Origin: Thermoplasmata archaeon
GTDB lineage: Archaea > Thermoplasmatota > Thermoplasmata > GCA-020350865
Assembly: GCA_020348445.1 (NCBI GenBank)
Contig: CP070751.1
Coordinates: 407,772-471,771 of the forward strand
Length of the DNA: 64,000 nt
Reading direction: 5' to 3'
Position numbers and translations under genes: made by a program. Below the pieces are notes generated by a model. That model saw only the letters and a program-made list of their open reading frames with translations, had not been told where the DNA came from and ran no database searches. How positions within the stretch are numbered: position 1 is the first letter of the stretch; each line of letters starts with the position of its first letter. This document shows, in pieces, positions 46,971-55,226 of the stretch.

Positions 46971-48047
46971 CTATGCTCTCCTATTCATAAAATCGTACCG
47001 CAATCGATCTTTACGGGGAATTATTGAATCCTGGGGAACGTACCCTGACAACATCAGATGATCTGCGCAAACAATTGCAGATACTGCCTCTGCCACAACA
47101 AGAACCCTGGGTGTATAGTTCGCATCGAACCTGCCCTCAGTTGCCATTTTCGTGTTCTTCATGGTCCTTAAATCCACGCTCTTTTGGGCTATTAAAATCG
47201 ATGGTGTGGGCTTCACCGCAAACCTGAACACCACAGGTGGTCCATAGGTGATTCCCCCGAGAACCCCACCAGCGCGGTTTGAGCTTGTGGTGACAGAGCC
47301 TCCTTGTGTTACAATGGGATCATTGAATTCCGAAGCTCTCATGCGTGCAGAATCTAGCCCGTCTCCCAACTCGAAGGTCTTTATTCCAGGTATATTCAGT
47401 ATGGCGTGCCCCAAATCGGCCTGGAATCTGTTGAATGCCGGAGCGCCCAGGCCCGAGGGAAGATTTTGAATCTGAATCTCAATTATCCCCCCTGTTGTGT
47501 CGCTGTCCCTCTTGGATTGCTCAGCCAACTTTTCAATGATTTGTTCTAAATTGTTATTATCCACCTTTACTCCGCCAAGCTCAAGCATAGTGCTTTTTAT
47601 TGCTATCTTCTTGAGAAGACAAATTCTCTTGGCAACTGCACCAGCTGCAATAGTCGATACCCAGGTCCTTCCGCTGGCCCTGGATCCCCCTCTCCAGTCG
47701 ATATGACCGTACTTCATCCTGTACGTCAAATCGGCATGCCCTGGCCTTGGAGTGTGCATTATCTTTTTGTACTTTTCGCTCTCCACGTTCGAGTTCCTGA
47801 CTATAATTGAAATCGGAGTTCCGATGGTGTAGCCCTCGAAGACACCGCTTAAAATCTGGAAGTTGTTCTCCTCGACACGTCTTGTCAGAAGGGGATAAGG
47901 GACATCTCTGTCAAGCTCACTTTTTATATGCTGGCGAGAAAGTCTTATTCCTGCTGGGCATCCGTCGATTACACAGCCAATTGCATCTCCGTGGGATTCT
48001 CCCCAGGTTGTGACCCTGAAGATGTTTCCCAAAGTGTTTCCTGCCAA
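46971..48047 (-). CDS. aroC: Chorismate-synthase-like flavoprotein (divergent), TTG start
   Basis: TWGESHG..IG.VIDG.P, PRPGHAD, GG++G, N..GG.LGGI..G and .AVKPTPSI. Several signature positions are altered (see findings). Confidence 0.85.
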   Translation of the reverse strand: MAGNTLGNIFRVTTWGESHGDAIGCVIDGCPAGIRLSRQHIKSELDRDVPYPLLTRRVEENNFQILSGVFEGYTIGTPISIIVRNSNVESEKYKKIMHTPRPGHADLTYRMKYGHIDWRGGSRASGRTWVSTIAAGAVAKRICLLKKIAIKSTMLELGGVKVDNNNLEQIIEKLAEQSKRDSDTTGGIIEIQIQNLPSGLGAPAFNRFQADLGHAILNIPGIKTFELGDGLDSARMRASEFNDPIVTQGGSVTTSSNRAGGVLGGITYGPPVVFRFAVKPTPSILIAQKSVDLRTMKNTKMATEGRFDANYTPRVLVVAEAVSAIVCADHLMLSGYVPQDSIIPRKDRLRYDFMNRRA

Positions 48048-48066
48048 TACCCCTCACCTCGTTCTG

Positions 48067-49011
48067 CTACTGGACGAAAACCAATTTTCTTTTGGATGAG
48101 GGGTCGTCAGCCAGTTCGCGAACAAAAAACTTGCCTTTTGAGCTCAATTCAAATAACATAACAAATAATATGGGAAATATCGAGGCTAAAAAGAATCCTG
48201 TGGAAAACTGCCATGCAGTGTATATGGAATCAAAAAGTGCCAATGTCATTAGGATCAATATAAAAGGAATATAGGCGACAACTCCAATCAATACTTTTAA
48301 TTCAATGCCATTTGTGGGATTTTTCTTGGCTCGAATCATATTGACTATTGTGATTCCTGATATGGCCCCAAATCCCAGAAGAAAACCTCCGAGGATTATC
48401 ATCACCTGATGTTCAAAATCATACGGAAACTGATAGACATAACTGTTGAGCATCTGAATGGATATTACCCCGAACAATATTGGTAAAATGCTCCCTTTGA
48501 TCATTCGGGTTCTGTATCTGTAATTCGAGAACCGCTCTTTCTGTTTGTCAAAGAGACTTTCCTCTTGGGCTTCGGTTCCAGTCAGCTCATCGAGATCTGA
48601 CAGATAATCCTCCATTTCCTGCTCCTCGGTTTGTGTAAGTACCCCTTCTGCCACCTCGGCTTCAGCTTCTTCATAGGGCTCCTTGATCTCTTCGGCAACC
48701 TCTGTCCCCTCAGGTGCAGCAGCTCCTTCCTCCTCTGTAATTTCCAAATAGAAGTTGCATGTATAGCAGTAGTATCTGTTATATTGCTGTATATATGCGG
48801 CCTTTTGATTGCATTTGGGGCATAAATATTCGGCTGTTTCTTTTATTTCAGGTTCTGGTTGTGCTTCCCTTTCCTCCTCTTTTTCCCCAGGCTCTTTTGA
48901 CGTCACATACTTGTTGCAGGAGAAGCAGTAGTATCTGTTGTTTTCCTTGATAAAAGTGGCCCTTCTGTCACAAGAGGGACATTTAATCTGAACATCTTCT
49001 TCCAAAGACAT
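48067..49011 (-). CDS. Membrane protein with two N-terminal Zn ribbons, acidic linker and about 4 TM helices
   Basis: CPSC-x14-CFSC and CPKC-x14-CYTC, a Glu-rich linker and four hydrophobic segments. It ends 19 nt before aroC. Confidence 0.75.
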   Translation of the reverse strand: MSLEEDVQIKCPSCDRRATFIKENNRYYCFSCNKYVTSKEPGEKEEEREAQPEPEIKETAEYLCPKCNQKAAYIQQYNRYYCYTCNFYLEITEEEGAAAPEGTEVAEEIKEPYEEAEAEVAEGVLTQTEEQEMEDYLSDLDELTGTEAQEESLFDKQKERFSNYRYRTRMIKGSILPILFGVISIQMLNSYVYQFPYDFEHQVMIILGGFLLGFGAISGITIVNMIRAKKNPTNGIELKVLIGVVAYIPFILILMTLALFDSIYTAWQFSTGFFLASIFPILFVMLFELSSKGKFFVRELADDPSSKRKLVFVQ

Positions 49012-49173
49012 ACCACTGACCTCTTCAATACAATAATTTATTTACCATCTCCGCAAGCACTATTTCGAGTTATAAGAAGATATCCTGCCTAATTAATTTT
49101 TTGTTATTATTTTCAGAGTTTTAATTTAATCGACGAAATGAGGGGTATTTATGGGCTTTTCTGGTATTTTTTC

Positions 49174-51060
49174 TCAAAAAACCTCTACAAGGGACCTTCT
49201 TCCCACTGGAATCATAAGAAGGTCAGCTGCGATTATAAGGCCAGATACCGCAACAATTAGAGTGGGTATCTCAGGCAAGCCCCGCTTTGTGGGGGGTGTA
49301 AGTCCTGGAATCAGATCAATTCCCTGGGGCAGATATCTCTGATCTCTGTTGTAATTGATAAACACCATAACAGGGTGTTTTGATTTGACCTTCACTGTAG
49401 AGCCCAAGGTTATGTTCTCCCAGTCCAAATGGATCTCCTCGCTGTCCCCATCATCAACTGCTATTCGGGGAGTGGAATCCAGGGCATAATAGTTGTGGGG
49501 GTCCCTCGTGGTCCATTCAGGGGGCTGTTTGAACTGGGTATCTTCGATCATCATGTCCATGTAGTAGTAGCTGCTTTCCGAGAAATCAAAGGTGACAGAC
49601 TCATGGACGTCCATTTTGGCAGAGTACGGTTTGATAAGCATATCGAAGTCCACTTCTACATCATTGTTCCCCTCTCTGAGGTTCACGACAGTGAGATATG
49701 CCTGGCTCCAGATTGGAATCTCGAATTCTGTTGATGCAGGATAGGGCACCCAGCCGTGAGGATAGAATTCAGTGATTTTTTTGTAGACAGTGAAGTATTC
49801 TTCCCCAGACATGCTTCTCCTATTATCTTCCCTCAAATACCATGTACTGTTGGCGAATGTGTAGACCAGTATGGGATCGCTTGACCTTAGATGCGCCCAT
49901 TCATATGAGGAATATTCCCGTAATTTGTAGGCAACCTTGAAATCGAACAGTCTGAGCTCACCCGGATTTAAATATCCTTTGAACGTGCCTTGATTGCCGT
50001 TTTTGTCCTTTAAATCGATTGTTGCCCCAGTGGGAGCCGAAATAAGTATTTTACCGAAACAAGGGAATAGAAAGTCTTTTCCGTCTTTTCCAAAAACCTG
50101 GACAAATCCCTGATCCGACTGTATGCCCGCAACTATGGACACAGGTTTGTCGGCACTGATTAGAACCAGGTCATCGTCGAATCCGTACTGCTCAAATATG
50201 GGATTACGGGTATAATCCCAGCCTTCGAACCTGTCAAGGATGAGAGTGGCATCGTCGTTTTTGTCAGAATAATCCCATACATTGACAGTTGTATCTGCCT
50301 CCAGGGCTGAAATCCAGCAATCTCCCGTAATTCTGGTAAATATCTTTTTTCCGTAGGCAGAGTAAATGCCCTCCCATCCATCCCAGTAGTAATCCACGAT
50401 ATAATCATAGCCTCTGTCATCCATGGTTCCCATTGGAAATAATTTATGGTGCATTACTGAGATGGGATAGTTGCTTGTAACCTTGACAATCCCGGAGATC
50501 ATTCGAAAGCCCTGGCCAACCATCCAAGTGTTTATCTGAATCTGTCTTGTTTCGTACTCTCCCAAATGAATGGTCTTTGTGAGATTTTCAGGTTTTTGAA
50601 TCTGATCCAACCAAACTATTTCTGCGCCATCACCCAGTACCCATTTTCCACATACCCCCAAATCACAATCGAATATTGTATCATTTATTGCGGTGCCGTT
50701 GAGCCATTCAATACGGATTTTTGCACCGTTCTCATAGGAAAAAAATTGAATGTTGCTGAAATTTGCCATGGGGTAGCTTCTATAGGTTGTATCTTCATAT
50801 CCTGCCCACCATGTATATATTCGATCCTGCATCAAGACAGTGGGGGGTGGAACATAGAATATAAAGTAATCGTTCACAAATGTTGTAATGTCCGAGGAGT
50901 GATAGTCAGTATGTTCTACTTGCTCAGATGTCACCCTCATAAAATCGGAAACTGCGGTGTCCATGGATTGTCTGTGTAAAAAGATATCGCTCATGGGCAG
51001 GAAGATAAGACCCACAATACATATTATCAATAATATGGGTTTTATAGCTCTAAGGAACAT
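49174..51060 (-). CDS. Membrane-anchored surface protein with repeats resembling the IgGFc-binding N-terminal domain
   Basis: N-terminal signal/TM; repeated (I/V).S(D/N)(K/Y)P(I/V).V strands; C-terminal LPEIPT plus TM plus RR. Confidence 0.7.
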   Translation of the reverse strand: MFLRAIKPILLIICIVGLIFLPMSDIFLHRQSMDTAVSDFMRVTSEQVEHTDYHSSDITTFVNDYFIFYVPPPTVLMQDRIYTWWAGYEDTTYRSYPMANFSNIQFFSYENGAKIRIEWLNGTAINDTIFDCDLGVCGKWVLGDGAEIVWLDQIQKPENLTKTIHLGEYETRQIQINTWMVGQGFRMISGIVKVTSNYPISVMHHKLFPMGTMDDRGYDYIVDYYWDGWEGIYSAYGKKIFTRITGDCWISALEADTTVNVWDYSDKNDDATLILDRFEGWDYTRNPIFEQYGFDDDLVLISADKPVSIVAGIQSDQGFVQVFGKDGKDFLFPCFGKILISAPTGATIDLKDKNGNQGTFKGYLNPGELRLFDFKVAYKLREYSSYEWAHLRSSDPILVYTFANSTWYLREDNRRSMSGEEYFTVYKKITEFYPHGWVPYPASTEFEIPIWSQAYLTVVNLREGNNDVEVDFDMLIKPYSAKMDVHESVTFDFSESSYYYMDMMIEDTQFKQPPEWTTRDPHNYYALDSTPRIAVDDGDSEEIHLDWENITLGSTVKVKSKHPVMVFINYNRDQRYLPQGIDLIPGLTPPTKRGLPEIPTLIVAVSGLIIAADLLMIPVGRRSLVEVF

Positions 51061-51088
51061 CCTGCTCTTCCTCCGTTGTATTATATTC

Positions 51089-53569
51089 TTACTTACTAAG
51101 GGTTTTTAGGAACTTCCCCTTTCCAGTGAAGGAGAGGGTTCCAACTATTCCTTTTCCTCCAGCAGCTACGGTTCCAATATCAGTTGCCATAAGTACAGCC
51201 AGAACCGGCGGCAGTAGCCAGAAAGGATCTCCTGTCGTGGTTCTCTGGGTCGTGGGTATTATGCTCAATGGGATGTCCATGTCCTGGGGCTCACACGAGT
51301 AATCCCTTGCATATCTCACCATGAGCATCACATCCTTATCGGCATGAATATGCATCATCTGGATCACGGATTCAAGCTCGTCCTGATTATCAGGCTCAAC
51401 ATCGTCCCTTTCATCACCATTGTAGTCCTCGTTATCATCCACAACGATTCTGTAGATTTCGTATGCATCAAGGGTGGCACCGGATGGTTGATTGTCAAGC
51501 CACGTTCCGTCCCAGCCGACTGAGGTATCATCCTCCAAGGCTATGATATACACGATGCATTGATGGTGGATCGCCAGATCCCATTTTTGCTCTGCCGGGT
51601 AGAAGTCGAATCCCTCTTTGAAGGTGGATATCTGTGTTTCGTCGAAAGCGTTGTCATCATTTGCCATCCAGAGCTCCACGCGAATTGGCCAATCCGAGAT
51701 GATTCTGACCCATTTTACCTCGGCAATGTAATTGTTGGAGAAGGGGCCTGAGCACATGGATGATATTGTCACCTGCTCCCCAGGTTCAACTGTAAACTCA
51801 TCATCGCCCTCGGAGGTATCGTCGAAATCAAGCTCGACATGCGCCTCCTTTTCAAGTCCTGTTATTGTAATTGCAGCCGACATTGGTACATAGTATCTTG
51901 AGCCAAGGAATCCGTAGACCTGTGTGTGAAAATTGTTGTCCCATATTCCGCCGTATATGGTAACAGGTTTTTCAGCCTTCACAACCACCCAATCGGCCTC
52001 GAAATTTCCAGAATCCACAGCCCTTTTTATGTAATCGCTTTCCATAATTTCTTTGGCGGCTTGAGGATCCTCCCAATCAACATCCCAGTCAGGCTGATAA
52101 CCAAAATATTGATAGTTGTTATCCAGTTCATTGTTGTCTCCTGCATCATCACCACCACACATCGTGTCCACGACAAAAGTGCTTGCCCACTGGAAATTCT
52201 CCCAATCATTTAACGTGATTTCTCGGGAGTCATCACCATCTGATTTATCTATTATTGTTATGTGGTTATCATCGTCGTAACTTGCTATCATGAGGTCACG
52301 GTGCACAAAACCAAAGAACTCGTCACCGTAAAAGGACCATATCGCATCGTCGGATAGGCCATTTGCAAACCATTCTGTGTTCACACCGTGGGCCACCTCA
52401 TCGTCTCCATCGACCTCGTCGTTCGGGTCGCAGTCGTCTGCAAGATCGGGTATCCCATTGTCGTTCTTGTCGATGTACCCGTCAGTTACCGTCATCTTCT
52501 GAACAGTGACGCGTCCTGAAGATTCAACCTTGATGACCCCGTCCCACATCCACCAGTCCCGAGTAGTGTAGTTAAGGATTCCCTGGTATTTATTAAGGGT
52601 TCCGGTCCACAGGATATGGTTTTCAACATACTCCAGATCAGGTGAGTTCAGGGGTCTTCTTGCAGGGTCGTACAAGTCTATTCTCCATTTTGAACGATCA
52701 AGGGTACGCCATTCACGGTCAGCGCGGTCGTTTTCATCGTCGTTGTCATCCTCCCAACAATCCTCGTCAATCCAATTATAAAATGGTTCTGGATCGTCAT
52801 CAGGGTAACTGTTTGGATTGTTGGGATTTGTACCCTCATACAGCTCCTGCCCGTCACAGTAGCCGTCCCCATCAGAGTCAACTGAGTCACCGTCATTATC
52901 ATCTTCTATTCCGCCAGTATCCTCATCAATTAATCCATCGTCATCATTATCACGGCCATCAGCACGATCCTCATTATTACTCCCGTCGTCATCATCATCA
53001 CGGGGATCTTCATTTACTCGACCATCCCTATCCCTATCTGGATTACCATCACCCCGATATATTCCACCCCACCAGCCGTGGATGGTATTTGCCGGGTACT
53101 CGTCTTTGAAGGCCTGGGTAAATATGTGGCCCTTTAGCATTGTGACAGTGATACGATTGTTGTTATCGTAACTACCTATGGCAATTGCACCTTCATCAGA
53201 AATCCAGGAATCTCCATAAAATGTGATTCCGCACCTCTCTTCGTCATTGGTCTGCCCGTTGTTGTCATCTTGATTATGACCATTGTAAATTCCCCATGGA
53301 CAATTCTGTTCGTTGTCTTCCTGTTCATATATTGCATCAATGGGACTCCAGTAGAATATGAATTCCTTGTTTACAAAGGGGGTGTAGGCACTTGTTTTCA
53401 CATCCTGGGTGATCTCCTCGATTATTCCTTTATCATGTGTGACCACATGTGTCGAGGGTAAAAGCAGTGTTCCGAACAGCATCAGCATTATTGCCAAGAC
53501 TGTAAAATAACCCAGTATTATTTCTTTAGCCTTCGGTCTATTATTTGCATTGGATTTTGCCGATTTCAT
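51089..53569 (-). CDS. Paralog of 49174-51060 with Asp-rich Ca-binding insertions
   Basis: Shares FIFY..P, W.G.(I/V)KV.S, S.YG..(I/F)F, D.S..DD, F..D.V.(I/V).A.KPV.I..G and QV.G..G..(F/Y)..P. Inserts include DNDDDGLIDED and DSDGDGYCDGQELYEGTNP. Confidence 0.75.
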   Translation of the reverse strand: MKSAKSNANNRPKAKEIILGYFTVLAIMLMLFGTLLLPSTHVVTHDKGIIEEITQDVKTSAYTPFVNKEFIFYWSPIDAIYEQEDNEQNCPWGIYNGHNQDDNNGQTNDEERCGITFYGDSWISDEGAIAIGSYDNNNRITVTMLKGHIFTQAFKDEYPANTIHGWWGGIYRGDGNPDRDRDGRVNEDPRDDDDDGSNNEDRADGRDNDDDGLIDEDTGGIEDDNDGDSVDSDGDGYCDGQELYEGTNPNNPNSYPDDDPEPFYNWIDEDCWEDDNDDENDRADREWRTLDRSKWRIDLYDPARRPLNSPDLEYVENHILWTGTLNKYQGILNYTTRDWWMWDGVIKVESSGRVTVQKMTVTDGYIDKNDNGIPDLADDCDPNDEVDGDDEVAHGVNTEWFANGLSDDAIWSFYGDEFFGFVHRDLMIASYDDDNHITIIDKSDGDDSREITLNDWENFQWASTFVVDTMCGGDDAGDNNELDNNYQYFGYQPDWDVDWEDPQAAKEIMESDYIKRAVDSGNFEADWVVVKAEKPVTIYGGIWDNNFHTQVYGFLGSRYYVPMSAAITITGLEKEAHVELDFDDTSEGDDEFTVEPGEQVTISSMCSGPFSNNYIAEVKWVRIISDWPIRVELWMANDDNAFDETQISTFKEGFDFYPAEQKWDLAIHHQCIVYIIALEDDTSVGWDGTWLDNQPSGATLDAYEIYRIVVDDNEDYNGDERDDVEPDNQDELESVIQMMHIHADKDVMLMVRYARDYSCEPQDMDIPLSIIPTTQRTTTGDPFWLLPPVLAVLMATDIGTVAAGGKGIVGTLSFTGKGKFLKTLSK

Positions 53570-53779
53570 CTCTTCACCCCAGCTTTATCCTGATTTGCCA
53601 ATTCCCTACCAATCCCCTTATCAATAAATTGGCACCACTGGGTACTATGTGTAACAGGATTGATAAATGTTTCCATTCTGTTTTTCTCCTTGATTCTATT
53701 TACATCCTACTGGGGTTTTGAATACCGATATCAATGTTAATTGGAATCAGATATCATCGTTGATTATGCAAAATGAAAT

Positions 53780-54682
53780 TCAGGTCTCCTTTTTACCTGT
53801 AATTGTATAGCCAAAGACCGTGCTCACCGACAGTGCGTTGGACTTGCATTCCCTTGCGCAGCGGCCGCATTTGACACAATCCAGCTTGCTTTTTAAATCG
53901 TCCTCTGTGGGATCCAGGCCCATGGGGCAGACTTTTTTACACCTCTCGCATTGGGTGCACCATTTGAAATCGTACCTTCGCTTTATGGATGAGAACGGAT
54001 TCAAAAGCGAGAAAACGGCTCCCAGTGGACAGAAGTACCTGCACCATGCTCGGCCGTGTGTGAAATAGCTGAACGTGAAGTAAAATGCGAACAAGGCCAG
54101 ATGATATATGAGCCAAAAGGCGCTGACGGTCTGCCAGGTCAGCCAGTACGGCACCACCCCCAACAAAGCTCCGAAACACAGGTACCTGCACCAGAAAATG
54201 GAGGCTGTGAGGACGGCCAATATAACGACACCTACGAGGTAGATGTACTTCCACAATCTCAACCAATCAGGTGGTCTATATTTATGGGTACAAACCTTGT
54301 TGCAGGTGTCAAGGATAAGACCAAAGGGACACAGCCAACCGCAGATCGCCCTGCCCAATGCAGTGCCAAAACCAAGTACAACTCCAAATACATAAAAAGG
54401 CAACCGGAAGTTAATAACATACTGCTGCAGCATACCCACAGGACAGCCCAGCCACGCGAGCTCGCAGGCCTGGCAGTTGAGTGTGCACGTGATTCCACTC
54501 GTTCTCGGAATTGGTGCATGCCACCCACCGGGTAGCTTCCTGAAGATACCGAGTCTGTGAAATCCAAAACTAAGTACCTGGCTTACCAAACGGAACTTCG
54601 GGCCTCCCAGTAGTATGACAATCATCATAACCACTATGATTATGATCATACTTCCAAGGATTAACGGAAATTCTCCTGCCAT
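53780..54682 (-). CDS. Membrane polyferredoxin (NapH/MauN/4Fe-4S_5 family)
   Basis: C.LNC.AC...GCP.G.LQ, GR..CGW.CPFG, GR.WC.Y.CPLG, CxxCxxCxxxCP and CxxCxxCxxxC. Confidence 0.88.
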   Translation of the reverse strand: MAGEFPLILGSMIIIIVVMMIVILLGGPKFRLVSQVLSFGFHRLGIFRKLPGGWHAPIPRTSGITCTLNCQACELAWLGCPVGMLQQYVINFRLPFYVFGVVLGFGTALGRAICGWLCPFGLILDTCNKVCTHKYRPPDWLRLWKYIYLVGVVILAVLTASIFWCRYLCFGALLGVVPYWLTWQTVSAFWLIYHLALFAFYFTFSYFTHGRAWCRYFCPLGAVFSLLNPFSSIKRRYDFKWCTQCERCKKVCPMGLDPTEDDLKSKLDCVKCGRCARECKSNALSVSTVFGYTITGKKET

Positions 54683-54786
54683 CTTCGCTCCCCACCGAGT
54701 TCTTATATCGTGACTTCTTTACACCACCTTCAATATGATCAATTTACACAAACTAACTTTTCTAACACACATTAATTGCCACATTG

Positions 54787-55014
54787 TTAGTACCCAATGG
54801 ATCTAGCCCAATCGTAATTGGCAAATTCTCTAACAAACCAGTCATCACCCACCTGAAATGCCAGAAAAAGCAGTAAAAATGCAATGACGTACAATATCAG
54901 CCTCATTCGCCCGATAAACTCGGGTTTCACACTAAAATCAACGATTCTTTGTTTCAGGGATTTTTTCTCCCTTTTTACTTTCCCATTTCTTCTCATCTCG
55001 CTTCCTCCGTTCAC
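54787..55014 (-). CDS. Small single-TM protein (start perhaps MRRNG), partner of the polyferredoxin
   Basis: Basic N-terminus, one TM, and a C-terminal GDDWFVREFANYDWARSIGY. GGAGG precedes MRR. Confidence 0.6.
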   Translation of the reverse strand: MNGGSEMRRNGKVKREKKSLKQRIVDFSVKPEFIGRMRLILYVIAFLLLFLAFQVGDDWFVREFANYDWARSIGY

Positions 55015-55174
55015 TCTTTTATACCCTTATTTTGCCTCCAACACGTACGGATGCACCAGGTTTTTTATGGAATTTGGAATGCCAAATCCATCATTTCTAT
55101 AATCTACGGAATCTGGTTGGGTATCCTGACACCCCATATAAACAGGTACATATTTATTTAGATTTCTCTTTAAT

Positions 55175-55189
55175 TATCGGTAACCGATA
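55175..55189. promoter_or_regulatory. 15-bp palindrome abutting a TATA-like box (candidate operator)
   Basis: TATCGGT-A-ACCGATA lies next to minus-strand TTTATAT (55187-55193), upstream of the small-protein/polyferredoxin unit. Confidence 0.4.
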
Positions 55190-55226
55190 TAAATTACTTC
55201 GACGATAAAAGAACCCAAAATGAACG

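Noticed and set aside
54056-54567. Overlapping 159-aa, 109-aa and 102-aa alternative ORFs
   Set aside because: They overlap the well-supported polyferredoxin gene and carry no motifs.
55027-55137. 36-aa ORF MGCQDTQPDSVDYRNDGFGIPNSIKNLVHPYVLEAK upstream of the small TM protein
   Set aside because: It has no SD and no recognisable motif, and a competing short frame exists. It cannot be distinguished from chance.
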